Part shown: in pieces, positions 40,001-55,000 of the stretch
Position numbering within the stretch: position 1 is the stretch's first letter
Layout: every line of letters starts with the position of its first letter
Source of the DNA: the human T2T-CHM13v2.0 reference genome, Homo sapiens
NCBI RefSeq assembly: GCF_009914755.1
Contig: NC_060939.1
Direction: 5' to 3' (one strand)
DNA length: 64,000 bases
Notes under the pieces: generated by a model
What the model was told of the DNA's origin: nothing
Databases searched by the model: none
The model's input: only the letters and a program-made list of their open reading frames with translations
Program-made: the position numbers and the translations under genes

Positions 40001-43000
40001 ATTCCATTCTATTCAACTCTATTGCCTTCCATTCCATTCCATTCGATTACATTCCATGCGATTCCATTCGAAATCGAATCAATTACATTGCAATCCATTA
40101 CTATTGAGTCCGTTTTATTCCAGTCCACTGCATTCTGGTCCATTCCATTTGATTCCATTCCATTCTATTCCATTCCATACAGTTGCATTCCATTGGATTC
40201 CATGCTATATCTATAAATTCAATTCGAGACCATTGCTTTTGAGTCCATTCTATATGATTCCATTCCATTCAAGTCCATTACATTTGGTTAAATTCCATTC
40301 CATTCGGTTCAATTCCATTCCATTCCATTCCCTTCCATTCCATTCCAGTTGATATCAATCCATTCGATTCCATTCCATTCGAGCACATTCCATTCGAGTC
40401 CATTCCATTCGATGCCATTCCATTTGATTCTATTCCATTAGTCTCCATTCAATTCCATTAATCTCCATTCCATTCCATTCTACTCCAACTGATTCCATTC
40501 CATTCTATTCATTTCCATTCCATTTCATTCCATTCCATTCCATTCCATTCCATTCCATTCGTGTCCATTCCACTCCAGTCCATTCCATTCGTATCCATTC
40601 CATTCCAGTCCATTCCATTTGTGTCCACTGCATTCCATTCCACTCCATTCCATATTATTCCATTACACTCCATTCCATTCTATTACTTTCATTTCCATTC
40701 AATTCCATTCCATTTGATTCCATTCCACTCGGTTTCATTCCATTTGAGTCCACTCCATTCCATTCCATTCCATTCAGTTCCATTCCATTCTGTTCCATTC
40801 CATTCCGTTCCATTACATTCCATTCCATTCGGTACCATTCCATATTGTTCCATTCGATTCCATTCGAATCCATTCCATTCCAGTCCATTCCATTCGATTC
40901 CATTCCATTCATTTCAATTCCATTCCATTCCATTCCATTCCATTCCACTTGATTCCTCTCCATTCCCTTCCACTGCATTCCGTTCGATTCCATTCCATTG
41001 CATTGCATTCCATTCCATTGGATTGCATTCCATTCGATTCCATTCCATTCGAATCAATTACATAGCAATCCATTACATTCGAGTCTATTCTATTCCGTTC
41101 CATTCGATTTCGTTCCAATCCATTCGATTCCATTCCATTCGATTCCATTCCATACTATTGCATTCCATTCGATTACATTATATTCGAATAAGTTCCATTC
41201 AAGACCATTTCTTTTGAGTCCATTCTATTTGAGTCCATTCCCTTTGATTCCATAACATTTGAGTCCATTCAATTCCATTCCTTTCGTTTCCATTCCATTT
41301 GATGCCATTCCATTCAATTCTGTTCTACTCGACTCCAATACATTCAATTCCATTCCATCCGATTCCATTACATTCTTTTCATTTCTTATCCATTTCAAGC
41401 CATTCCACTCCATTCCATTCCACTCGTTTCCTTTCCATTCGAGTCCATTCCTCTCCAGTCCATTCCGTTCAATCCATTCCATTCCAGTCCATTCCATTCG
41501 AGTCCGTTCCATTCCAGTCCATTCCATTCGAGTCAATTCCATTCCATTCGATGTCTTTCCATAACGATCCATTCCATTCTATTCCTTTCGATTCCATTCC
41601 ATTCTATTTCATTCCATTCGATTCCCTTCCATTGGACTCCTTTCCATTCGAGTGCATTCCATTCCGTTCCATTTCTTTCCGTTCTGTACGATTCCTACCG
41701 TTCGATTTCATTTTGTTCCAGTCCATTCTTTCGCGTCCATTCCATTCCATTTCACTCCATTCGATTCCATTCCACTCGATTCCACTTCGTTCCATTTCAT
41801 TGCATTCCATTCTATTCAACTCTATTGCCTTCCATTCCATTCCATTCGATTACATTCCATGCGATTCCATTCGAAATCGAATCAATTACATTGCAATCCA
41901 TTACTATTGAGTCCGTTTTATTCCAGTCCACTGCATTCTGGTCCATTCCATTTGATTCCATTCCATTCTATTCCATTCCATACAGTTGCATTCCATTGGA
42001 TTCCATGCTATATCTATAAATTCAATTCGAGACCATTGCTTTTGAGTCCATTCTATATGATTCCATTCCATTCAAGTCCATTACATTTGGTTAAATTCCA
42101 TTCCATTCGGTTCAATTCCATTCCATTCCATTCCCTTCCATTCCATTCCAGTTGATATCAATCCATTCGATTCCATTCCATTCGAGCACATTCCATTCGA
42201 GTCCATTCCATTCGATGCCATTCCATTTGATTCTATTCCATTAGTCTCCATTCAATTCCATTAATCTCCATTCCATTCCATTCTACTCCAACTGATTCCA
42301 TTCCATTCTATTCCTTTTTATTCCATTTCATTCCATTCCATTCCATTCCATTCCATTCCATTCGTGTCCATTCCACTCCAGTCCATTCCATTCGTATCCA
42401 TTCCATTCCAGTCCATTCCATTTGTGTCCACTGCATTCCATTCCACTCCATTCCATATTATTCCATTACACTCCATTCCATTCTATTACTTTCATTTCCA
42501 TTCAATTCCATTCCATTTGATTCCATTCCACTCGGTTTCATTCCATTTGAGTCCACTCCATTCCATTCCATTCCATTCAGTTCCATTCCATTCTGTTCCA
42601 TTCCATTCCGTTCCATTACATTCCATTCCATTCGGTACCATTCCATATTGTTCCATTCGATTCCATTCGAATCCATTCCATTCCAGTCCATTCCATTCGA
42701 TTCCATTCCATTCATTTCAATTCCATTCCATTCCATTCCATTCCATTCCACTTGATTCCTCTCCATTCCCTTCCACTGCATTCCGTTCGATTCCATTCCA
42801 TTGCATTGCATTCCATTCCATTGGATTGCATTCCATTCGATTCCATTCCATTCGAATCAATTACATAGCAATCCATTACATTCGAGTCTATTCTATTCCG
42901 TTCCATTCGATTTCGTTCCAATCCATTCGATTCCATTCCATTCGATTCCATTCCATACTATTGCATTCCATTCGATTACATTATATTCGAATAAGTTCCA

Positions 43001-46000
43001 TTCAAGACCATTTCTTTTGAGTCCATTCTATTTGAGTCCATTCCCTTTGATTCCATAACATTTGAGTCCATTCAATTCCATTCCTTTCGTTTCCATTCCA
43101 TTTGATGCCATTCCATTCAATTCTGTTCTACTCGACTCCAATACATTCAATTCCATTCCATCCGATTCCATTACATTCTTTTCATTTCTTATCCATTTCA
43201 AGCCATTCCACTCCATTCCATTCCACTCGTTTCCTTTCCATTCGAGTCCATTCCTCTCCAGTCCATTCCGTTCAATCCATTCCATTCCAGTCCATTCCAT
43301 TCGAGTCCGTTCCATTCCAGTCCATTCCATTCGAGTCAATTCCATTCCATTCGATGTCTTTCCATAACGATCCATTCCATTCTATTCCTTTCGATTCCAT
43401 TCCATTCTATTTCATTCCATTCGATTCCCTTCCATTGGACTCCTTTCCATTCGAGTGCATTCCATTCCGTTCCATTTCTTTCCGTTCTGTACGATTCCTA
43501 CCGTTCGATTTCATTTTGTTCCAGCCCATTCTTTCGCGTCCATTCCATTCCATTTCACTCCATTCGATTCCATTCCACTCGATTCCACTTCGTTCCATTT
43601 CATTGCATTCCATTCTATTCAACTCTATTGCCTTCCATTCCATTCCATTCGATTACATTCCATGCGATTCCATTCGAAATCGAATCAATTACATTGCAAT
43701 CCATTACTATTGAGTCCGTTTTATTCCAGTCCACTGCATTCTGGTCCATTCCATTTGATTCCATTCCATTCTATTCCATTCCATACAGTTGCATACCATT
43801 GGATTCCATGCTATATCTATAAATTCAATTCGAGACCATTGCTTTTGAGTCCATTCTATATGATTCCATTCCATTCAAGTCCATTACATTTGGTTAAATT
43901 CCATTCCATTCGGTTCAATTCCATTCCATTCCATTCCCTTCCATTCCATTCCAGTTGATATCAATCCATTCGATTCCATTCCATTCGAGCACATTCCATT
44001 CGAGTCCATTCCATTCGATGCCATTCCATTTGATTCTATTCCATTAGTCTCCATTCAATTCCATTAATCTCCATTCCATTCCATTCTACTCCAAATGATT
44101 CCATTCCATTCTATTCCTTTTTATTCCATTTCATTCCATTCCATTCCATTCCATTCCATTCCATTCCATTCGTGTCCATTCCACTCCAGTCCATTCCATT
44201 CGTATCCATTCCATTCCAGTCCATTCCATTTGTGTCCACTGCATTCCATTCCACTCCATTCCATATTATTCCATTACACTCCATTCCATTCTATTACTTT
44301 CATTTCCATTCAATTCCATTCCATTTGATTCCATTCCACTCGGTTTCATTCCATTTGAGTCCACTCCATTCCATTCCATTCCATTCAGTTCCATTCCATT
44401 CTGTTCCATTCCATTCCGTTCCATTACATTCCATTCCATTCGGTACCATTCCATATTGTTCCATTCGATTCCATTCGAATCCATTCCATTCCAGTCCATT
44501 CCATTCGATTCCATTCCATTCATTTCAATTCCATTCCATTCCATTCCATTACATTCCACTTGATTCCTCTCCATTCCCTTCCACTGCATTCCGTTCGATT
44601 CCATTCCATTGCATTGCATTCCATTCCATTGGATTGCATTCCATTCGATTCCATTCCATTCGAATCAATTACATAGCAATCCATTACATTCGAGTCTATT
44701 CTCTTCCGTTCCATTCGATTTCGTTCCAATCCATTCGATTCCATTCCATTCGATTCCATTCCATACTATTGCATTCCATTCGATTACATTATATTCGAAT
44801 AAGTTCCATTCAAGACCATTTCTTTTGAGTCCATTCTATTTGAGTCCATTCCCTTTGATTCCATAACATTTGAGTCCATTCAATTCCATTCCTTTCGTTT
44901 CCATTCCATTTGATGCCATTCCATTCAATTCTGTTCTACTCGACTCCAATACATTCAATTCCATTCCATCCGATTCCATTACATTCTTTTCATTTCTTAT
45001 CCATTTCAAGCCATTCCACTCCATTCCATTCCACTCGTTTCTTTTCCATTCGAGTCCATTCCTCTCCAGTCCATTCCGTTCAATCCATTCCATTCCAGTC
45101 CATTCCATTCGAGTCCGTTCCATTCCAGTCCATTCCATTCGAGTCAATTCCATTCCATTCGATGTCTTTCCATAACGATCCATTCCATTCTATTCCTTTC
45201 GATTCCATTCTATTCTATTTCATTCCATTCGATTCCCTTCCATTGGACTCCTTTCCATTCGAGTGCATTCCATTCCGTTCCATTTCTTTCCGTTCTGTAC
45301 GATTCCTACCGTTCAATTTCATTTTGTTCCAGTCCATTCTTTCGCGTCCATTCCATTCCATTTCACTCCATTCGATTCCATTCCACTCGATTCCACTTCG
45401 TTCCATTTCATTGCATTCCATTCTATTCAACTCTATTGCCTTCCATTCCATTCCATTCGATTACATTCCATGCGATTCCATTCGAAATCGAATCAATTAC
45501 ATTGCAATCCATTACTATTGAGTCCGTTTTATTCCAGTCCACTGCATTCTGGTCCATTCCATTTGATTCCATTCCATTCTATTCCATTCGATACAGTTGC
45601 ATTCCATTGGATTCCATGCTATATCTATAAATTCAATTCGAGACCATTGCTTTTGAGTCCATTCTATATGATTCCATTCCATTCAAGTCCATTACATTTG
45701 GTTAAATTCCATTCCATTCAGTTCAATTCCATTCCATTCCATTCCCTTCCATTCCATTCCAGTTGATATCAATCCATTCGATTCCATTCCATTCGAGCAC
45801 ATTCCATTCGAGTCCATTCCATTCGATGCCATTCCATTTGATTCTATTCCATTAGTCTCCATTCAATTCCATTAATCTCCATTCCATTCCATTCTACTCC
45901 AACTGATTCCATTCCATTCTATTCCTTTTTATTCCATTTCATTCCATTCCATTCCATTCCATTCCATTCCATTCGTGTCCATTCCACTCCAGTCCATTCC

Positions 46001-49000
46001 ATTCGTATCCATTCCATTCCAGTCCATTCCATTTGTGTCCACTGCATTCCATTCCACTCCATTCCATATTATTCCATTACACTCCATTCCATTCTATTAC
46101 TTTCATTTCCATTCAATTCCATTCCATTTGATTCCATTCCACTCGGTTTCATTCCATTTGAGTCCACTCCATTCCATTCCATTCCATTCAGTTCCATTCC
46201 ATTCTGTTCCATTCCATTCCGTTCCATTACATTCCATTCCATTCGGTACCATTCCATATTGTTCCATTCGATTCCATTCGAATCCATTCCATTCCAGTCC
46301 ATTCCATTCGATTCCATTCCATTCATTTCAATTCCATTCCATTCCATTCCATTCCATTCCACTTGATTCCTCTCCATTCCCTTCCACTGCATTCCGTTCG
46401 ATTCCATTCCATTGCATTGCATTCCATTCCATTGGATTGCATTCCATTCGATTCCATTCCATTCGAATCAATTACATAGCAATCCATTACATTCGAGTCT
46501 ATTCTCTTCCGTTCCATTCGATTTCGTTCCAATCCATTCGATTCCATTCCATTCGATTCCATTCCATACTATTGCATTCCATTCGATTACATTATATTCG
46601 AATAAGTTCCATTCAAGACCATTTCTTTTGAGTCCATTCTATTTGAGTCCATTCCCTTTGATTCCATAACATTTGAGTCCATTCAATTCCATTCCTTTCG
46701 TTTCCATTCCATTTGATGCCATTCCATTCAATTCTGTTCTACTCGACTCCAATACATTCAATTCCATTCCATCCGATTCCATTACATTCTTTTCATTTCT
46801 TATCCATTTCAAGCCATTCCACTCCATTCCATTCCACTCGTTTCCTTTCCATTCGAGTCCATTCCTCTCCAGTCCATTCCGTTCAATCCATTCCATTCCA
46901 GTCCATTCCATTCGAGTCCGTTCCATTCCAGTCCATTCCATTCGAGTCAATTCCATTCCATTCGATGTCTTTCCATAACGATCCATTCCATTCTATTCCT
47001 TTCGATTCCATTCCATTCTATTTCATTCCATTCGATTCCCTTCCATTGGACTCCTTTCCATTCGAGTGCATTCCATTCCGTTCCATTTCTTTCCGTTCTG
47101 TACGATTCCTACCGTTCGATTTCATTTTGTTCCAGTCCATTCTTTCGCGTCCATTCCATTCCATTTCACTCCATTCGATTCCATTCCACTCGATTCCACT
47201 TCGTTCCATTTCATTGCATTCCATTCTATTCAACTCTATTGCCTTCCATTCCATTCCATTCGATTACATTCCATGCGATTCCATTCGAAATCGAATCAAT
47301 TACATTGCAATCCATTACTATTGAGTCCGTTTTATTCCAGTCCACTGCATTCTGGTCCATTCCATTTGATTCCATTCCATTCTATTCCATTCCATACAGT
47401 TGCATTCCATTGGATTCCATGCTATATCTATAAATTCAATTCGAGACCATTGCTTTTGAGTCCATTCTATATGATTCCATTCCATTCAAGTCCATTACAT
47501 TTGGTTAAATTCCATTCCATTCGGTTCAATTCCATTCCATTCCATTCCCTTCCATTCCATTCCAGTTGATATCAATCCATTCGATTCCATTCCATTCGAG
47601 CACATTCCATTCGAGTCCATTCCATTCGATGCCATTCCATTTGATTCTATTCCATTAGTCTCCATTCAATTCCATTAATCTCCATTCCATTCCATTCTAC
47701 TCCAACTGATTCCATTCCATTCTATTCCTTTTTATTCCATTTCATTCCATTCCATTCCATTCCATTCCATTCCATTCGTGTCCATTCCACTCCAGTCCAT
47801 TCCATTCGTATCCATTCCATTCCAGTCCATTCCATTTGTGTCCACTGCATTCCATTCCACTCCATTCCATATTATTCCATTACACTCCATTCCATTCTAT
47901 TACTTTCATTTCCATTCAATTCCATTCCATTTGATTCCATTCCACTCGGTTTCATTCCATTTGAGTCCACTCCATTCCATTCCATTCCATTCAGTTCCAT
48001 TCCATTCTGTTCCATTCCATTCCGTTCCATTACATTCCATTCCATTCGGTACCATTCCATATTGTTCCATTCGATTCCATTCGAATCCATTCCATTCCAG
48101 TCCATTCCATTCGATTCCATTCCATTCATTTCAATTCCATTCCATTCCATTCCATTCCATTCCACTTGATTCCTCTCCATTCCCTTCCACTGCATTCCGT
48201 TCGATTCCATTCCATTGCATTGCATTCCATTCCATTGGATTGCATTCCATTCGATTCCATTCCATTCGAATCAATTACATAGCAATCCATTACATTCGAG
48301 TCTATTCTATTCCGTTCCATTCGATTTCGTTCCAATCCATTCGATTCCATTCCATTCGATTCCATTCCATACTATTGCATTCCATTCGATTACATTATAT
48401 TCGAATAAGTTCCATTCAAGACCATTTCTTTTGAGTCCATTCTATTTGAGTCCATTCCCTTTGATTCCATAACATTTGAGTCCATTCAATTCCATTCCTT
48501 TCGTTTCCATTCCATTTGATGCCATTCCATTCAATTCTGTTCTACTCGACTCCAATACATTCAATTCCATTCCATCCGATTCCATTACATTCTTTTCATT
48601 TCTTATCCATTTCAAGCCATTCCACTCCATTCCATTCCACTCGTTTCCTTTCCATTCGAGTCCATTCCTCTCCAGTCCATTCCGTTCAATCCATTCCATT
48701 CCAGTCCATTCCATTCGAGTCCGTTCCATTCCAGTCCATTCCATTCGAGTCAATTCCATTCCATTCGATGTCTTTCCATAACGATCCATTCCATTCTATT
48801 CCTTTCGATTCCATTCCATTCTATTTCATTCCATTCGATTCCCTTCCATTGGACTCCTTTCCATTCGAGTGCATTCCATTCCGTTCCATTTCTTTCCGTT
48901 CTGTACGATTCCTACCGTTCGATTTCATTTTGTTCCAGCCCATTCTTTCGCGTCCATTCCATTCCATTTCACTCCATTCGATTCCATTCCACTCGATTCC

Positions 49001-52000
49001 ACTTCGTTCCATTTCATTGCATTCCATTCTATTCAACTCTATTGCCTTCCATTCCATTCCATTCGATTACATTCCATGCGATTCCATTCGAAATCGAATC
49101 AATTACATTGCAATCCATTACTATTGAGTCCGTTTTATTCCAGTCCACTGCATTCTGGTCCATTCCATTTGATTCCATTCCATTCTATTCCATTCCATAC
49201 AGTTGCATACCATTGGATTCCATGCTATATCTATAAATTCAATTCGAGACCATTGCTTTTGAGTCCATTCTATATGATTCCATTCCATTCAAGTCCATTA
49301 CATTTGGTTAAATTCCATTCCATTCGGTTCAATTCCATTCCATTCCATTCCCTTCCATTCCATTCCAGTTGATATCAATCCATTCGATTCCATTCCATTC
49401 GAGCACATTCCATTCGAGTCCATTCCATTCGATGCCATTCCATTTGATTCTATTCCATTAGTCTCCATTCAATTCCATTAATCTCCATTCCATTCCATTC
49501 TACTCCAAATGATTCCATTCCATTCTATTCCTTTTTATTCCATTTCATTCCATTCCATTCCATTCCATTCCATTCCATTCCATTCGTGTCCATTCCACTC
49601 CAGTCCATTCCATTCGTATCCATTCCATTCCAGTCCATTCCATTTGTGTCCACTGCATTCCATTCCACTCCATTCCATATTATTCCATTACACTCCATTC
49701 CATTCTATTACTTTCATTTCCATTCAATTCCATTCCATTTGATTCCATTCCACTCGGTTTCATTCCATTTGAGTCCACTCCATTCCATTCCATTCCATTC
49801 AGTTCCATTCCATTCTGTTCCATTCCATTCCGTTCCATTACATTCCATTCCATTCGGTACCATTCCATATTGTTCCATTCGATTCCATTCGAATCCATTC
49901 CATTCCAGTCCATTCCATTCGATTCCATTCCATTCATTTCAATTCCATTCCATTCCATTCCATTACATTCCACTTGATTCCTCTCCATTCCCTTCCACTG
50001 CATTCCGTTCGATTCCATTCCATTGCATTGCATTCCATTCCATTGGATTGCATTCCATTCGATTCCATTCCATTCGAATCAATTACATAGCAATCCATTA
50101 CATTCGAGTCTATTCTCTTCCGTTCCATTCGATTTCGTTCCAATCCATTCGATTCCATTCCATTCGATTCCATTCCATACTATTGCATTCCATTCGATTA
50201 CATTATATTCGAATAAGTTCCATTCAAGACCATTTCTTTTGAGTCCATTCTATTTGAGTCCATTCCCTTTGATTCCATAACATTTGAGTCCATTCAATTC
50301 CATTCCTTTCGTTTCCATTCCATTTGATGCCATTCCATTCAATTCTGTTCTACTCGACTCCAATACATTCAATTCCATTCCATCCGATTCCATTACATTC
50401 TTTTCATTTCTTATCCATTTCAAGCCATTCCACTCCATTCCATTCCACTCGTTTCTTTTCCATTCGAGTCCATTCCTCTCCAGTCCATTCCGTTCAATCC
50501 ATTCCATTCCAGTCCATTCCATTCGAGTCCGTTCCATTCCAGTCCATTCCATTCGAGTCAATTCCATTCCATTCGATGTCTTTCCATAACGATCCATTCC
50601 ATTCTATTCCTTTCGATTCCATTCTATTCTATTTCATTCCATTCGATTCCCTTCCATTGGACTCCTTTCCATTCGAGTGCATTCCATTCCGTTCCATTTC
50701 TTTCCGTTCTGTACGATTCCTACCGTTCAATTTCATTTTGTTCCAGTCCATTCTTTCGCGTCCATTCCATTCCATTTCACTCCATTCGATTCCATTCCAC
50801 TCGATTCCACTTCGTTCCATTTCATTGCATTCCATTCTATTCAACTCTATTGCCTTCCATTCCATTCCATTCGATTACATTCCATGCGATTCCATTCGAA
50901 ATCGAATCAATTACATTGCAATCCATTACTATTGAGTCCGTTTTATTCCAGTCCACTGCATTCTGGTCCATTCCATTTGATTCCATTCCATTCTATTCCA
51001 TTCGATACAGTTGCATTCCATTGGATTCCATGCTATATCTATAAATTCAATTCGAGACCATTGCTTTTGAGTCCATTCTATATGATTCCATTCCATTCAA
51101 GTCCATTACATTTGGTTAAATTCCATTCCATTCAGTTCAATTCCATTCCATTCCATTCCCTTCCATTCCATTCCAGTTGATATCAATCCATTCGATTCCA
51201 TTCCATTCGAGCACATTCCATTCGAGTCCATTCCATTCGATGCCATTCCATTTGATTCTATTCCATTAGTCTCCATTCAATTCCATTAATCTCCATTCCA
51301 TTCCATTCTACTCCAACTGATTCCATTCCATTCTATTCCTTTTTATTCCATTTCATTCCATTCCATTCCATTCCATTCCATTCCATTCGTGTCCATTCCA
51401 CTCCAGTCCATTCCATTCGTATCCATTCCATTCCAGTCCATTCCATTTGTGTCCACTGCATTCCATTCCACTCCATTCCATATTATTCCATTACACTCCA
51501 TTCCATTCTATTACTTTCATTTCCATTCAATTCCATTCCATTTGATTCCATTCCACTCGGTTTCATTCCATTTGAGTCCACTCCATTCCATTCCATTCCA
51601 TTCAGTTCCATTCCATTCTGTTCCATTCCATTCCGTTCCATTACATTCCATTCCATTCGGTACCATTCCATATTGTTCCATTCGATTCCATTCGAATCCA
51701 TTCCATTCCAGTCCATTCCATTCGATTCCATTCCATTCATTTCAATTCCATTCCATTCCATTCCATTCCATTCCACTTGATTCCTCTCCATTCCCTTCCA
51801 CTGCATTCCGTTCGATTCCATTCCATTGCATTGCATTCCATTCCATTGGATTGCATTCCATTCGATTCCATTCCATTCGAATCAATTACATAGCAATCCA
51901 TTACATTCGAGTCTATTCTCTTCCGTTCCATTCGATTTCGTTCCAATCCATTCGATTCCATTCCATTCGATTCCATTCCATACTATTGCATTCCATTCGA

Positions 52001-55000
52001 TTACATTATATTCGAATAAGTTCCATTCAAGACCATTTCTTTTGAGTCCATTCTATTTGAGTCCATTCCCTTTGATTCCATAACATTTGAGTCCATTCAA
52101 TTCCATTCCTTTCGTTTCCATTCCATTTGATGCCATTCCATTCAATTCTGTTCTACTCGACTCCAATACATTCAATTCCATTCCATCCGATTCCATTACA
52201 TTCTTTTCATTTCTTATCCATTTCAAGCCATTCCACTCCATTCCATTCCACTCGTTTCCTTTCCATTCGAGTCCATTCCTCTCCAGTCCATTCCGTTCAA
52301 TCCATTCCATTCCAGTCCATTCCATTCGAGTCCGTTCCATTCCAGTCCATTCCATTCGAGTCAATTCCATTCCATTCGATGTCTTTCCATAACGATCCAT
52401 TCCATTCTATTCCTTTCGATTCCATTCCATTCTATTTCATTCCATTCGATTCCCTTCCATTGGACTCCTTTCCATTCGAGTGCATTCCATTCCGTTCCAT
52501 TTCTTTCCGTTCTGTACGATTCCTACCGTTCGATTTCATTTTGTTCCAGTCCATTCTTTCGCGTCCATTCCATTCCATTTCACTCCATTCGATTCCATTC
52601 CACTCGATTCCACTTCGTTCCATTTCATTGCATTCCATTCTATTCAACTCTATTGCCTTCCATTCCATTCCATTCGATTACATTCCATGCGATTCCATTC
52701 GAAATCGAATCAATTACATTGCAATCCATTACTATTGAGTCCGTTTTATTCCAGTCCACTGCATTCTGGTCCATTCCATTTGATTCCATTCCATTCTATT
52801 CCATTCCATACAGTTGCATTCCATTGGATTCCATGCTATATCTATAAATTCAATTCGAGACCATTGCTTTTGAGTCCATTCTATATGATTCCATTCCATT
52901 CAAGTCCATTACATTTGGTTAAATTCCATTCCATTCGGTTCAATTCCATTCCATTCCATTCCCTTCCATTCCATTCCAGTTGATATCAATCCATTCGATT
53001 CCATTCCATTCGAGCACATTCCATTCGAGTCCATTCCATTCGATGCCATTCCATTTGATTCTATTCCATTAGTCTCCATTCAATTCCATTAATCTCCATT
53101 CCATTCCATTCTACTCCAACTGATTCCATTCCATTCTATTCCTTTCCATTCCATTTCATTCCATTCCATTCCATTCCATTCCATTCCATTCGTGTCCATT
53201 CCACTCCAGTCCATTCCATTCGTATCCATTCCATTCCAGTCCATTCCATTTGTGTCCACTGCATTCCATTCCACTCCATTCCATATTATTCCATTACACT
53301 CCATTCCATTCTATTACTTTCATTTCCATTCAATTCCATTCCATTTGATTCCATTCCACTCGGTTTCATTCCATTTGAGTCCACTCCATTCCATTCCATT
53401 CCATTCCATTCAGTTCCATTCCATTCTGTTCCATTCCATTCCGTTCCATTACATTCCATTCCATTCGGTACCATTCCATATTGTTCCATTCGATTCCATT
53501 CGAATCCATTCCATTCCAGTCCATTCCATTCGATTCCATTCCATTCATTTCAATTCCATTCCATTCCATTCCATTCCATTCCACTTGATTCCTCTCCATT
53601 CCCTTCCACTGCATTCCGTTCGATTCCATTCCATTGCATTGCATTCCATTCCATTGGATTGCATTCCATTCGATTCCATTCCATTCGAATCAATTACATA
53701 GCAATCCATTACATTCGAGTCTATTCTCTTCCGTTCCATTCGATTTCGTTCCAATCCATTCGATTCCATTCCATTCGATTCCATTCCATACTATTGCATT
53801 CCATTCGATTACATTATATTCGAATAAGTTCCATTCAAGACCATTTCTTTTGAGTCCATTCTATTTGAGTCCATTCCCTTTGATTCCATAACATTTGAGT
53901 CCATTCAATTCCATTCCTTTCGTTTCCATTCCATTTGATGCCATTCCATTCAATTCTGTTCTACTCGACTCCAATACATTCAATTCCATTCCATCCGATT
54001 CCATTACATTCTTTTCATTTCTTATCCATTTCAAGCCATTCCACTCCATTCCATTCCACTCGTTTCCTTTCCATTCGAGTCCATTCCTCTCCAGTCCATT
54101 CCGTTCAATCCATTCCATTCCAGTCCATTCCATTCGAGTCCGTTCCATTCCAGTCCATTCCATTCGAGTCAATTCCATTCCATTCGATGTCTTTCCATAA
54201 CGATCCATTCCATTCTATTCCTTTCGATTCCATTCCATTCTATTTCATTCCATTCGATTCCCTTCCATTGGACTCCTTTCCATTCGAGTGCATTCCATTC
54301 CGTTCCATTTCTTTCCGTTCTGTACGATTCCTACCGTTCGATTTCATTTTGTTCCAGTCCATTCTTTCGCGTCCATTCCATTCCATTTCACTCCATTCGA
54401 TTCCATTCCACTCGATTCCACTTCGTTCCATTTCATTGCATTCCATTCTATTCAACTCTATTGCCTTCCATTCCATTCCATTCGATTACATTCCATGCGA
54501 TTCCATTCGAAATCGAATCAATTACATTGCAATCCATTACTATTGAGTCCGTTTTATTCCAGTCCACTGCATTCTGGTCCATTCCATTTGATTCCATTCC
54601 ATTCTATTCCATTCCATACAGTTGCATTCCATTGGATTCCATGCTATATCTATAAATTCAATTCGAGACCATTGCTTTTGAGTCCATTCTATATGATTCC
54701 ATTCCATTCAAGTCCATTACATTTGGTTAAATTCCATTCCATTCGGTTCAATTCCATTCCATTCCATTCCCTTCCATTCCATTCCAGTTGATATCAATCC
54801 ATTCGATTCCATTCCATTCGAGCACATTCCATTCGAGTCCATTCCATTCGATGCCATTCCATTTGATTCTATTCCATTAGTCTCCATTCAATTCCATTAA
54901 TCTCCATTCCATTCCATTCTACTCCAACTGATTCCATTCCATTCTATTCCTTTCCATTCCATTTCATTCCATTCCATTCCATTCCATTCCATTCCATTCG

